A DNA stretch of 64,000 bases from Lingula anatina (lineage: Eukaryota; Animalia; Brachiopoda), in the NCBI GenBank assembly GCA_051362555.1, contig CM120641.1:24868401-24932400 (forward strand), given 5' to 3'. Both the position numbers and the translations under genes were made by a program. The notes beneath the pieces were generated by a model that was given only the letters and a program-made list of their open reading frames with translations, made no database searches and was not told where the DNA came from. Each line of letters starts with the position of its first letter. Position 1 is the first letter of the stretch. This document shows positions 11,454-23,900 of this stretch, in pieces.

Positions 11454-14400
11454 GTGGGTTTGTGGAGACAGCTGGCAAGCTTTAAGTAGTTATTATGAAC
11501 AAAAACACCGTTCGATTTTAAAGAATAATTTACCAAAAAATTCGTAATATACAATTTGGAATTTAAGAGCTAAATCCATAACTCTGACCGTTTTATATGA
11601 TTTATTGAGAACAATTCATCTCAGTGACAGCGAGTTCTTTGTGCTGTACTTTGTAAGTTTGAAGCCTTCGTTCTGCAATGTGCCACACACACAGTGTCAC
11701 ACTTGGTCATGTGCATCCAAATAGTGAACAAAGGAACTGATCGTGATACTGGACTGGATCACTTAAAATTGCCTGGTCTATCAATCTGTTACATTTGAGA
11801 CCATACACATATGAAAGGACCGGTGTTAGATCACCCAAATACTGGCCATAAATACCCCAACTAAATGGAACGTAGGCTTAAAAAATTATTTCTTAAGAGC
11901 AGTGTTGTAAGTTTATAAAAATGTTGATTTGTTCATTGAAGTGGTAGCCCATCTTCCAGGATAGGCATACTTAAACAGTCTGTGCCATAACCTTTTCAGC
12001 TTACTGGCCATTTGGACCACCAGTTTCCTAAAATCTACAGGTCTGTATTAGGATTCACTGGTCCAAATAAAAAAATTCAATAAGACAGGACATTTTCCCC
12101 TATTGAATTTATATTAGTTATAACAATACTTTGATATTGTTGTATATTTTTACATTATGTATTTTCAAAAATAATTAAATCAAATCTTAAATCAAATCTA
12201 TAGCTAAAATCTAAAGCCAAAATCTATAAAGCTCTCTTTTGACAACTTGTAAAAAAACATAATGATACTGTTGGACCTCAAAATTAATACATTCTGAAAA
12301 ATCTACAGGTCTAAAGAAAAGTTTACTGGTTTTAGGAATAGTGGCTAGCATCGCAGACTGCTGAAAATTATTATAATATTGGATCATATGTAAATCAGTT
12401 ACCCAATACATCTGTAAGCTTAAATATTCACCTTCATTATCTTAAAGCCATGTTAGTGAACAATAGTTGATAAAATAAAAATAGATTGTGATTAGTAACT
12501 AGTCCTGTATGTGTGTGCATTTGTAAATTTATGACTACTGAACAAAGAAGTTTCTAAAATGGTAAAAAAAGTTCATAAATGAAAATTATCAAACACAAGC
12601 TGAAAATAGTTTATATCGTTGTAAAAACCTCAATTTGATATTTTTGAGAAAAAAGTCTACACAGTGTGCTCATTTAGTCAACAAGCTTAGCTCAAGATTT
12701 TAGTTTTTAAATTAATGTCACAAAAGTATGTTTATTTATTTATTTTATTATTTTTTTGTCAATGTTAATAATTTTAAAGCATTTTTTATCCCTGCATTTT
12801 AGAAAAATTAAGTGATGTGTAAGCCTACTTATTTGAACCACTTTGGTTTGATCTCTAGCAGAGGTCAGACAAGGTTCATCTCCCACCTCACCCCATGAAA
12901 CAATCTCCAGATCAAACTGTAGTAGGACAATTTAAGGAGACCATGATCTGGGTTTTAGTGGAAAACAGACAAGCAAACAAAGCTACAACAGTAACAGATA
13001 AACAGATTCTACAGTACTCACTGACTTTCATTGTATTTAGCACAGAGCTTGAAATCTGTTTTTTTTATCAGATGACTCAATGTAGGAGGAAAACTAATAC
13101 ATGCAGTTATTGTAATTTTTTCTTTTTTTGAATTCAGTTTCCTTTTTTAAAAAGTTTTTTTAGTTTCATTTATTGAAAATGAAATAACTTGCCTGTGAAT
13201 TATAATTATTTGCCATTGATTAAACATATGGATGATTCAAAAACATGAACAGTCTATCTCTGGCTCTCATAATTTTCAATTTACCTGGTATGCTAAAACA
13301 AGAAATACCAACCTTTATCTCAACTACACATGTATCTCTGTATAGCTATGTGAAGAATATGGTTGATTATACTTTATTGAAATATTTGTAATTTAATATT
13401 TGTAATAGGATACAAAGTCAGAAAACAAAGATACAATTCAGGGAAATATTGCTAGCGATTCCCTTTTTTACAACCCTGAGTGTCAGAGCAACGTAAAAGC
13501 TAGCTTGCTAAATATACCTTGTGGTGGAGTCGCTTATAGTAGTTGCCTGGTATTGCTACTATGGGTTATATATGAAATCAAGATCGAGCTGGCAATACCG
13601 GAATCTAGAACCTAGGGTATTTTTTACAGACTATGTAATATACCTGTGGTGTAAAGAGATATGGAGTATAAAGTTTATTATATAAGAGAAATCCGAGTTT
13701 GACAAACACACTTTTTAATGTCTCTTTATTATATTTATTTATTTATTTATATATTTTCAAAAAAAAAAAAAAAAAAACAGTTTGTTAAACAAAACATTTG
13801 GTACAATCATCCTTTCACTAGTTCAGTGTTTCATTTTATAATGATTAATGAGCACACCCAATGATCAATGATTCTCATATTTTATTGTCCTCATCAGATA
13901 TTTGTTTGTATAATTTTTTTCATGTTATAAGTGACATTGATATGTAACTGGTCTCTTATCAATTAACTGATAATAGTAATGACAGTACCTATTACCGAAC
14001 TATGCATTAATGTTTCATTAGTTTCAGACATTTCTCTACAGAAGCAGTCTTTCAACCAATTTATCCTTCAGAGACCCCTGTCGGAGTGTTAGATGTATCT
14101 AGTGGATTAAAACATTATTTTCCTATGCTACTCATTCCCAAGTATTATGGATGATTTCCTGTTCTCCCCATAGTCATTTGTTTTCAAATTGGAGACTTGT
14201 GCAAAGATACAAATCCTTTGCTTTAGTGAATGAGGCAGCTGCAGACGAAAATAATCAATAATTGCTATGTAATGCATGCCATGCCATCCAGGTTTATATT
14301 AAGGTATGTTGCAGCTGTATTGGCCACCTGAGCTTTGACATGTTATACATATGTGCTAAGTACAATTTCATTTCCAGCTCTTGCAATTTTCATCATGATA

Positions 14401-14562
14401 ATTCACAGTTTAGGATAGGCTAGATCTGTTATTGTGCTTGCTGTCATATGATTTTTGTATAATTGATAGTCTAATGGACCCAGTGCACAACTATTATTAA
14501 TGGATTTGTGGTGTGTGCAATTATTAAATGGATAGTTTTTAATCTGCATGTGAGACTATTAT

Positions 14563-14563
<1 letters not shown>

Positions 14564-14613
<50 letters not shown>
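14564..14613. repeat. (CA)n microsatellite
   Basis: About 25 CA units in TBC1D16 intron 1. Confidence 0.95.
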
Positions 14614-14617
<4 letters not shown>

Positions 14618-16407
14618 GGATGCACATGTGCAAACACATGCACATATACCCTAAGCATGTTTATGTGCAGAGTGTTCTTGATAACATCATTATGATGATA
14701 TATCAGGTGATGTTAAATCAGGTGATGATATCAGATTATATCACATAACATAAATAAAATAAATAAGTGAAAATAACGTGTCCTGTCTGAATGCATTAAT
14801 TCTCCAGATAATAAAATAAAAATATCAAAGGAAAGTGATTCTTCATTTTTTGCCACTGTGACTAATAACAAACAGTTATACACCTACTTAAAAAGGTTTT
14901 TAAATTGCAGTTTGAAGTGACATTCTAGTGGAAAATCATGTAAAATTTTGCTGATGTATAACAAAGAAGTGGAGAAACTAATTTTTTCATTATCCTGTCT
15001 TAATCTAAAGGCCTAGTGAATGTTGAGGACAAATTGTCATCATTTGGGCTGGTTCAGTTATAACTTTTGCATGAAAGTGACTATACTTAAATACTACCTG
15101 TCAGTCATATACCCCATTTATCTATGGCGTGGGTGGTCTCTGTACAGGTAAAACAGGCTTATACATGCATAATTACATGTAATAGTATGCAAATTACAGG
15201 AGTGCATAGCACAGGTTCATTTAGCATACAATTCGTGATCAGTGTGTCCGACTCCTGACAGGGCTCAGGTGCAAATGATGTGAAGTGAGTGGTGGCTAAA
15301 GGCATTTAAACTTATGTGCCTGTCAGCTGCTTACACCTGGGCTTAACTACAGAAATAAGTTTAGGATTTAATTTACCCTGTGATATAAACATACATAATA
15401 TAGGACAAGACCAGGTTGGTGTGTGCGTGCTTGTGTATGTGTGTAAAGACAATATTCCTGGGCCAAATAGTGGAAATGTTGATTAACCTTCTTTTTATGC
15501 TGGTATTTGCTGCACATCAAAATTGATTTTGCCCGGAGATGTAAAGGTAGTAGAATGAAAGCTTTCTTTATGCATTTAAAAGATGTGAAAAGTGATCTGT
15601 ATTACATGAGTAAATAGACATTTTAAGGTTTGTTAACTTCTAGCATAGACTCTGTAGTTACAGAAAAGTTGTGTCAATACAATTTGTCATTAAACCCCCA
15701 TGCATCTTGTCTATTCCCAGAGAAAAAAAACGTCAAAATCAATATCTCTGGAATAGTAATTGCTCATAATCAAACCTCACTCAGGAGCCCTTAAGATATC
15801 TTTACAGTAGAACTTTTTCCTCCCTGATAAAGAAATGCAATTGCTTTCTCTTTTGAAAGCTTGCCACTTCAGAGGCATTTTGTGGAGTTGCTTATATTAC
15901 TTATAATATACTAAAATCACCAGTAGGATTAATATGCTGAATATATTTCTATTGATATCTAGATGTCTCTGAAGTTGGATTGATCCAATCAGTTTTGATT
16001 GCCGTTTTTGTCATAAGCGCCACATGCAGCAACTGTGGAGTTTATCTGCAGTATTGTCTGTGGACAGGGCTGTATTTGTGTGATCAATACATTATACCGT
16101 GTGTGTGTGTGTGTGTGGGAGGTGGGAACATTAAGACAGACTACACATAATCAGGCTCTGAAGCACAGCTTATTAACGTGCTTGATATTTTTTTACAGCA
16201 TGAAGAGCACTTGATCGAAGGACTCAAGCTTCAAAATGGGACTAAGATTTATGGACTAGTTGAATGAGTGGAACCTTTCAAATCTGTAACAACCCAACCA
16301 CCTGATATTGAAATATTTGATTGTTATTTTTAGCTGTGCTGGCTACCACATAGAGGATGAACCTGGACCAGTTTCTTCCTGGGAGTCCTAGTCTACCCAG
16401 TCCTACC

Positions 16408-17905
16408 ATGGCCTTCAGTAGTCTCTTCCGGAAAGCATCCAGTCTGCTGGGTTTGACCTCCCCGGACAGCCTCCACCCCCCTCCCCTGGACGGCGAGATT
16501 ATATACTGTAAGAACAACGTGTGTGTCCATCCTCCAGCCTCCATTGGGGCAGATAAGAAACCGATTCCAGGCTACCTGTCCATACGCTGTCAGGGGGACG
16601 AGGTGAGAGTGACAAAGCACTGGCGTTTAGATGTGGAATATGTGCTGTTGTATGTGTGTTAATTATTGGTAAAATCCCAGTGCAGTTCAGTTCTCATTCT
16701 AGGCAGTTAGAAATGGTTTAAATCTTCCTCTGTTTCATTAGTGAAATAAATTACATTAATGAATTAACTGCAAAAATTCCTCAATACCTCGACTATTCAC
16801 ATGTTGCTGCTATGAGTTTCTGTTTTTAGGTTGCTTGGCTTCAGGTATTAGAATTGACCATTTGATTTCTCTTTACAAAAGTTTGAAACTGCAATATCCT
16901 TTTTTCAGTGTTTTTAATGCGTATTTATAGGCAAATTGAATCGGTAGGCTCATAATATATATATGTATCTCTATCTAGAATGTATTACAAGAATGTTCAA
17001 CCAAAAGGGCCAAAATCAGCCTGGAAAAATGCCCCTAAAGTGGATTCATTCTCAGTTGTAAGGTTGGTTTTTCATTACTGTAAACTCCTAAAGACTTTTT
17101 CTTTCCATAGAAGTGTGATTTCACATCTTTTCAATCAAAATCAGCATGAAAGTGACGTTGGAAAACGGCTCTAAAACACATCTTCTGACCTTCAATTTAA
17201 GTACTCAAATGTGTGGAGACCATGCAAGCCAATTACAAGCTATAAATACAATCCAATCAGAGCTTGCAGCATGACGGCACTCGCTTGCTAGACCTATGAA
17301 TGTGCATGCATCCAGTTTGCTGCGAAAGCACAGTGTCTATTTATAGCCACTGTTATTGGCTTCCGTGATCTACAGACATTTGAGCACCTATAGCTGGGGC
17401 TAGAATTTGCGTTTTAAAGCTGTTTTCAAGCATCCATTTTGTGCTGATTTATGCGTGAAACAATGTTGAAATGCAGTTCTGCAAAAAGGTGAAACCTTCA
17501 GGAGTTTTCAGGTACCAGAAACGAAGCTCAAATCTGGGAATAAATTGACTTTAGGGGTCATTTTTCCATGTTGGTCATGGCCATTTACGTCAAACATTTT
17601 TGGTAATACATTCTTGTTTCAATGTATAGACACCCCAATGCTTTTCACACAGTTTTGCTGTGGGTTATCCAATAATGTCTTTAAGTTAGTGAAGCTCATT
17701 TAAGTATCTATTGAATGGCCTGAGTTTTCTTAGAAAGAAATTGTATCCCTGGAGACAGTAGGCATGATGTAAATATTGATTGAGGTGGAGATGCTGTGCT
17801 TAGGGTCAGCTCATATTTCTTTATAACAGGAATTGATATTTGCCTGGGTGGATTCTTCTACCTTATTAAACACTAGGAAGGAAGAGAAGAGAGTGGTGGA
17901 ATAGA

Positions 17906-17942
<37 letters not shown>

Positions 17943-20900
17943 TATTTGAACTAAAATGATGAAAATTCTGCTTACCGAGAGGTTGACTTCTTCAATTTTC
18001 TGTTGCTCATCTCCCTTGCCAGTCACTTATTCAGCTAATGCATCAAATAACATAAGTGCACTGTCTGTCATTATTTATAAATCATTTTTGTTTTTCATTT
18101 TGACAAATGCAACAGTTTCCTTTCTCTAATGAACAATATATGATAGTAAACAGAATTTAGCATAGATGAAGGAAATCCTGGTGGGAGTTTCACTTTATTA
18201 TTGCTTGTCTTATTAACTGCCATGGTAACTACATGTTGTCAGTTCAATGTTATTGACCATGGGAAGGTAATGGGTTTATAAAGCAGCTTATCCTGGTTAT
18301 TCAAACAGATCAAGGTATTTGAGACACCTCCAGGGCACCTGTCTAAGTGCCTTGATGTTTGATCATAAAACTATAAAACAATAAACTTGAACTACAATAA
18401 ACTAGTAAACAGAAAAAGGATATAGGTTTCTTTGTCAAGTGGTTGCGGTATCCATTCACTTGGCTTTCTTTGTGTTGGCAGGGGAAATATTTATGACTTG
18501 TTGATTTCCATGTTGAGTATGTGTAAATTCTACAACAGTCATACTAAGTTGAAAGTGTTGGTGTTGGTCAAACTGGTAAAGACATAATGACATTATTGAA
18601 TAAACCATTGTGTTCCTAACACAAATTTGATTAAATTTGTATTCTGCAGGGTCTTCCAATTTAGTAATTTAGTAGTAGAAGTAGGCATCAGTTACCCAGT
18701 CCCATAATGAAATAAGCTAGCCCTTCTAACTCTTATTATTGTATTAACTTTCCCCTACAGATCAAAAATTTCCCCTTTCTCTTTAGTTAATCATGGATTT
18801 AGTGAAAACTAGATATATTGGTTAACACAAAGTTTATACTTGTGTGAATTGAATATTTTATATTTAATACATTTATAAGAGGATATGAAATTACTTGATG
18901 ATTTTTTTATTTATTATTTTATGGTGGTTAAAGTCAGGATGAGTGAAAGAAATTGAGTTAAAATCAAATGAAGAATGATGCTTTATGAACAATATCACTT
19001 AGTGTTGTATCAGTTTTAGAAATATCATTGAAATAATTTGCCTTAAAAGATGACTCAAATTCTGATTTATTATAAAAAGAATAAGAAAACTGATAACTCT
19101 GCTGGTTTTGTTTTACTGCAGCACCTTGGCTCCACACTCATATTGACCTGGATACCAAATTCTACCCTGAAAAAAAATCCAAGGAGTATACAGAATAGTC
19201 CATCACGACCTGGTGCCAGTCCTCGTATTAGTCCCCGGCGTGCCAAAAAACAAGAATTCACAGCATCAGCTTTGTCCTCACCCAGTAGTGAAGAAGCCAG
19301 TGGGAGTCAGGAAAGGAAATCCTCAAGTTATGGTGACAGAAACCATGGTGACAAGGGTTGCCATAACCACAAGGCAAATGATAATATCAGTCTTTGCTCA
19401 GACATATCTACAGGAGAGCAAAGCAGAGATGCTCAAAAGCCCAAGCTCAGCACTAGTCTCAAATCTCAAGCTGATTCTGGTATTGGATCTGATGATATTA
19501 TCAGCCATGTTCAAGGTTCTAAACAAACACAGTCATCTGCTTCCAAATTTTCCGAAGGTGCAGAGGAAGATGTGAGTTTCTCTTCAGAGAGTGCTAGTGA
19601 CAGTCTATCTGCTGGTGCAAAACTAAAAGAGCTGATCAATAAAGATGTCCCCTCAAAGCCAAAAGCTTCCCAAGCAAGTTCCTCAGATTCCCATGAGAAT
19701 GTCAAAGAACGCACTAGCTCTACAGTATCCATAGAAATGGACGGTGATAAACTGGTTGTTGTTACAGAAGAAGTTGAAGACAATGTGATAATTGAAAGCA
19801 GTTCAACAAGCCATGATTTAGAAAAAGCAGAGACTGGCCAGAACACAGATGTTGATACCCAGAGTTTGAGTTCAGACTCCACTAATCCCAGTCCCAGTGG
19901 GGAGCATTATCAATCAATGATAAATGAAATAGCATCCAAGAACCTTGAACCCCCTAATGAATCTGCACTGGAAACTGTTGAAGAATCCACAGCTGAAGAA
20001 AATGGCCAGAAGGAAGAGGAAATGGACAGAAAAGCAAAAATGAAATCAGACATGGTGCTAGATTTACAGACAGTGGAGTCAGAGTATCAGCCCCCTGATA
20101 TCAATATTACTACCATTCCTCGATCCTCTTCCTCCTCCTCTTCCACCACTACCTCCGGCCCTGATTCTAGACCTCCCACACCCTACGACTCGGACATAGA
20201 TTCCTCACATAGCACACCTTCAGCAGACATGAAGTACCCACCTGTCATGGAGGGCAACCCTGAATCTTTTGCAGTTTCGTATAATTTAACGTTTCCTGAG
20301 AATTCTGTCACCTATACCAAGGCAGACAGCACCAAGAGTCCAGTGGCAGCTAAGAGTATCAGAGACCAGATGTGTGGGGTATTCTCTGTAGATTTAGGTG
20401 AGATTTTGGGCTTCATCACAAAAGTTTGAATTTATCTCTACTGTATAATAATTCTGAAAGTTAGTCAAGCTATAGCTCACAACATTTTCTACTAGGTGTC
20501 ACTGGCTAAAACTTTCCCAAATGATTTGTAATCCTTTTTAGATGAGTTTTTGCTTATACTGCTACATGTAGGTGCTGCCTTTGAAATACCCCTGCACAAT
20601 GCTCTAGATATGTATACTCATGTATTTTTAAATAAAATACAGCACAATTGCACAAAAATCATTCACTGAAATCTGTAGTACTTTACCTGAATAAAAATGT
20701 ATGTTATAATCAGCTTTAAGACAAAATAAAACCGAAAGAATATCATTAATTTATACAAAAAAAAAAAAAAATCATGGAAAAAATTAATTTTGTTTTCAAC
20801 ACTCCAGGTCAGATGCGGTCTTTACGTCTGTTTTACAATGAGGACACGTGCACTAGTGGTCAGTTTGTGATAGCCAGTAGAGAGAGCCAGTACAAGATCC

Positions 20901-23900
20901 TCCACTTCCATCATGGAGGTCTGGACAAACTGGCTGAAGTTCTGGAAGACTGGAATCTTTTCAGAGAGAAGAAGGACAAGGTAATAATAGAATGGTATTG
21001 TCAGGGATTCGTTCTGGTTTCCTCCCTTTTGTGCTTTAAAGAGTGTGAAGAAAGGTGCTAAGTCTTGTATGAAATTATCAGATATGTGGGAAATTATTGA
21101 TTTCTTTGAACAAAAGATTGGTTAAGGGATAATAACTCTTCGTATGAGATCTATATTTCACAATAAAAACATTGTGAACAACTCATAGAAATATAATATA
21201 TTCTGTTGTACCACAAAAACGGCAGTTATAGCTATTATTCTGATATCTGACCTTGTCTTTAGACCGCATGATCTCCATTGATGGCTATACTCTGTTATAA
21301 TCTCTTAAGAGATTATAACAAAAAAAAACAAACTTTTTATAAAAAAAAAAAAAAAAAAAACAGGGACTAATTTCGAATGTTAAAATGGATTCATTAACCA
21401 TTGGTAAGTATGTGAAAATTGTTGTTTACTCTAGGAAAATTCATTTTTTGGCCAAAACGAAGATTTATTATCCCTTTAATATTAGGTAACTTAGCATTGA
21501 GTGTCATTAGGGAATACTGCAGGTCAAAGTCTCACTTAAAATGATCAAGTTAAGTCTTGCAGTACTTACAATGATGTATAAAAGTGAATAAGTGAAAGAT
21601 ATTAAAATTGTAAGATTAAAGTGCAACATTTATCCTTTTTTGATAAAAATGAAAAAAAAAAATCTGCCAGTTATATTGCCACAGAGTGAAGTAAATAAGC
21701 AGAATGAAATAATGTCTGAAATAAGATGAATATAAATAAAACGATAAAAAATACTTAATGCTTAAGGTGACAAAGAAAATATTTTGCCTTTCAGGGTAAG
21801 AAGGATGTCTATGGTCAGATCAAGCAGTTCTCTGTGATGAGACCAGAGCTGGACACTGAGGAGTGTCACCCAGAGGAGGGCGTATACGGAGTGCTGAATG
21901 AAGACACCTGGAAACAACACATGGCAGAGGCGGGTCAGATTGTGGATGACTACCAGCTCAGGAAGGTCAGGCATAACAAGCAGACCAGCACTCTGACCAT
22001 TTTGACCATCTTTGACCCTTTTCACACAGAGTGCTCAAGTTTTTTTTTTTTTTTTTTGTAGTAGTAGTAGTTGCGCTGTGATGGAGGTGGGGAGTGTTTA
22101 TTCTTTTTCACAAGCTCTAATATACCAATCATAATTAATCAGTTAACTGGCCAAGTCAATCACAGGAACTCCATTGAGTGGACTCTATGACGTTATAGCC
22201 AGGCTTCAGTTGTCAATCTCTCAAACAGTGCCATACAGAAAGCTGTACTTCTCTATGTGAAATGGACCTTACATAGTCATATTGTTCATAGTTCCTCATG
22301 ACTCGAAAAATGATAATAACAGATGAAAAATAACAAGCTGCACCAACCAATTTTGCTAAGTTGTAAACTTGGTCTTATCTTTGGTTAATTTTGGTTATGA
22401 TTTTTGGTCAATTATGTCATTTAATTTCTATAAAATTTTGATTTCTCTGAACCTGTCATAATGTGAAGTGATTATGACATAAAAGCATCTGATGTTTATT
22501 CTAGGTAATATTCTTTGGAGGTCTTGACCCAGCATTGCGCCATGAAGCCTGGCCATTCCTGCTGCAGTTTTATCCTTTTGATTCCACTTTCGATGAGCGG
22601 GAACACATCAGAAATGACAAGTACATAGAATACCAGGGAATCAGGAAGAAAAGGTAGTCATTGTGCTCAAGTTATTCATTGCACTATATATGTCTTTGCT
22701 CAAAAATTTCTTCTTTTTATTAAAAACTCAAACATTAACACACGCATGCATGCTCACAAGCATACATACATGCATGCACACATATGTTCTCACTTATAAT
22801 CCTTGACATATGAACTATTAAACTATCCTGGCATCAATATTCCAGAGAGTCTATGACCCCGGCTGAGCAGGAGCAGTTCTGGCGAGGCGTTCAGTGTACT
22901 GTAGAGAAAGATGTAGTGAGAACTGACCGCAGCAATCCATACTTCATGGGAGAAGATAATCCCAACATTGATGTCTTGAAGTAAGAAAATAGTGCAGCAT
23001 GCATGAAATAAAGTGCACTTTTATTTCTTTCATATATATATTGTGAGCCTAGGCTTTTTTAAATTAGCTGAATTTTGTTTTCTGAACTGAGGCTTTTGAT
23101 GAATCTAATAAAGATGTTCAGCTTAATTCTTCCACAGTTTATCCTCCAGTTGTTAAAACCTTGTTTAGAGAGGTTAGGCAATTCTTTATTGGTGCTTGGA
23201 ATATGACACACTCCTTTTTCACAATAAAATGTCAGTGGGCTAGAATTTTTCTGTGATACACTTAAGTTTGATAGGCTTTGGTCGGCAGATTCTGATTTTA
23301 GACAGCTAAAGATTATAGGCTTTAATTTAGTTAAACAAAGACCTTGTTTGTATTCACCACAGTTCTTCAAATTTTTTTTACACAACTGATACGGAACAAG
23401 CAGCAATGATAAACATTGTTCAAATTGTTGAAATCTTTCAAATCTCTCACACTGAAAACTCGTCTCCGCAGATCTATCCTCTTGAACTATGCTGTCCAGC
23501 ACCCTAAGATGGGCTACACCCAGGGAATGTCTGACCTGCTAGCCCCAGTGTTGGCTGAGGTCCAGCATGAGGCAGACGCCTACTGGTGCTTTGAGGGACT
23601 GATGCAGAAGACAATATTTGTCAGCTCGCCAAAGGATGTCGACATGGATAAACAGCTGGTAAGTTAATGCATGCTGTAGTCTGTTGCATAACCGAATGCA
23701 TAAATCTTTTTCGTGTTTTGGCTATGTTTTCAGTCCACTTAAATGTCCAGATGTGGATAAAGCTTATCTGTTTGATTCTATTTCTGGTCTGCAGTATATC
23801 TTCTTTGTGAAGCTAATGTGTAGACGCAATGCATTTTAAATTAAGTAAATTTTAAGCATCAATAGGATCAATTCCTACCGTTTTAAAGTGTAATTCTGTA

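Noticed and set aside
13450-13620. CpG-containing patch in TBC1D16 intron 1 as a possible ncRNA or tRNA-derived SINE
   Set aside because: No convincing A/B boxes, cloverleaf or terminal repeats could be identified by eye.
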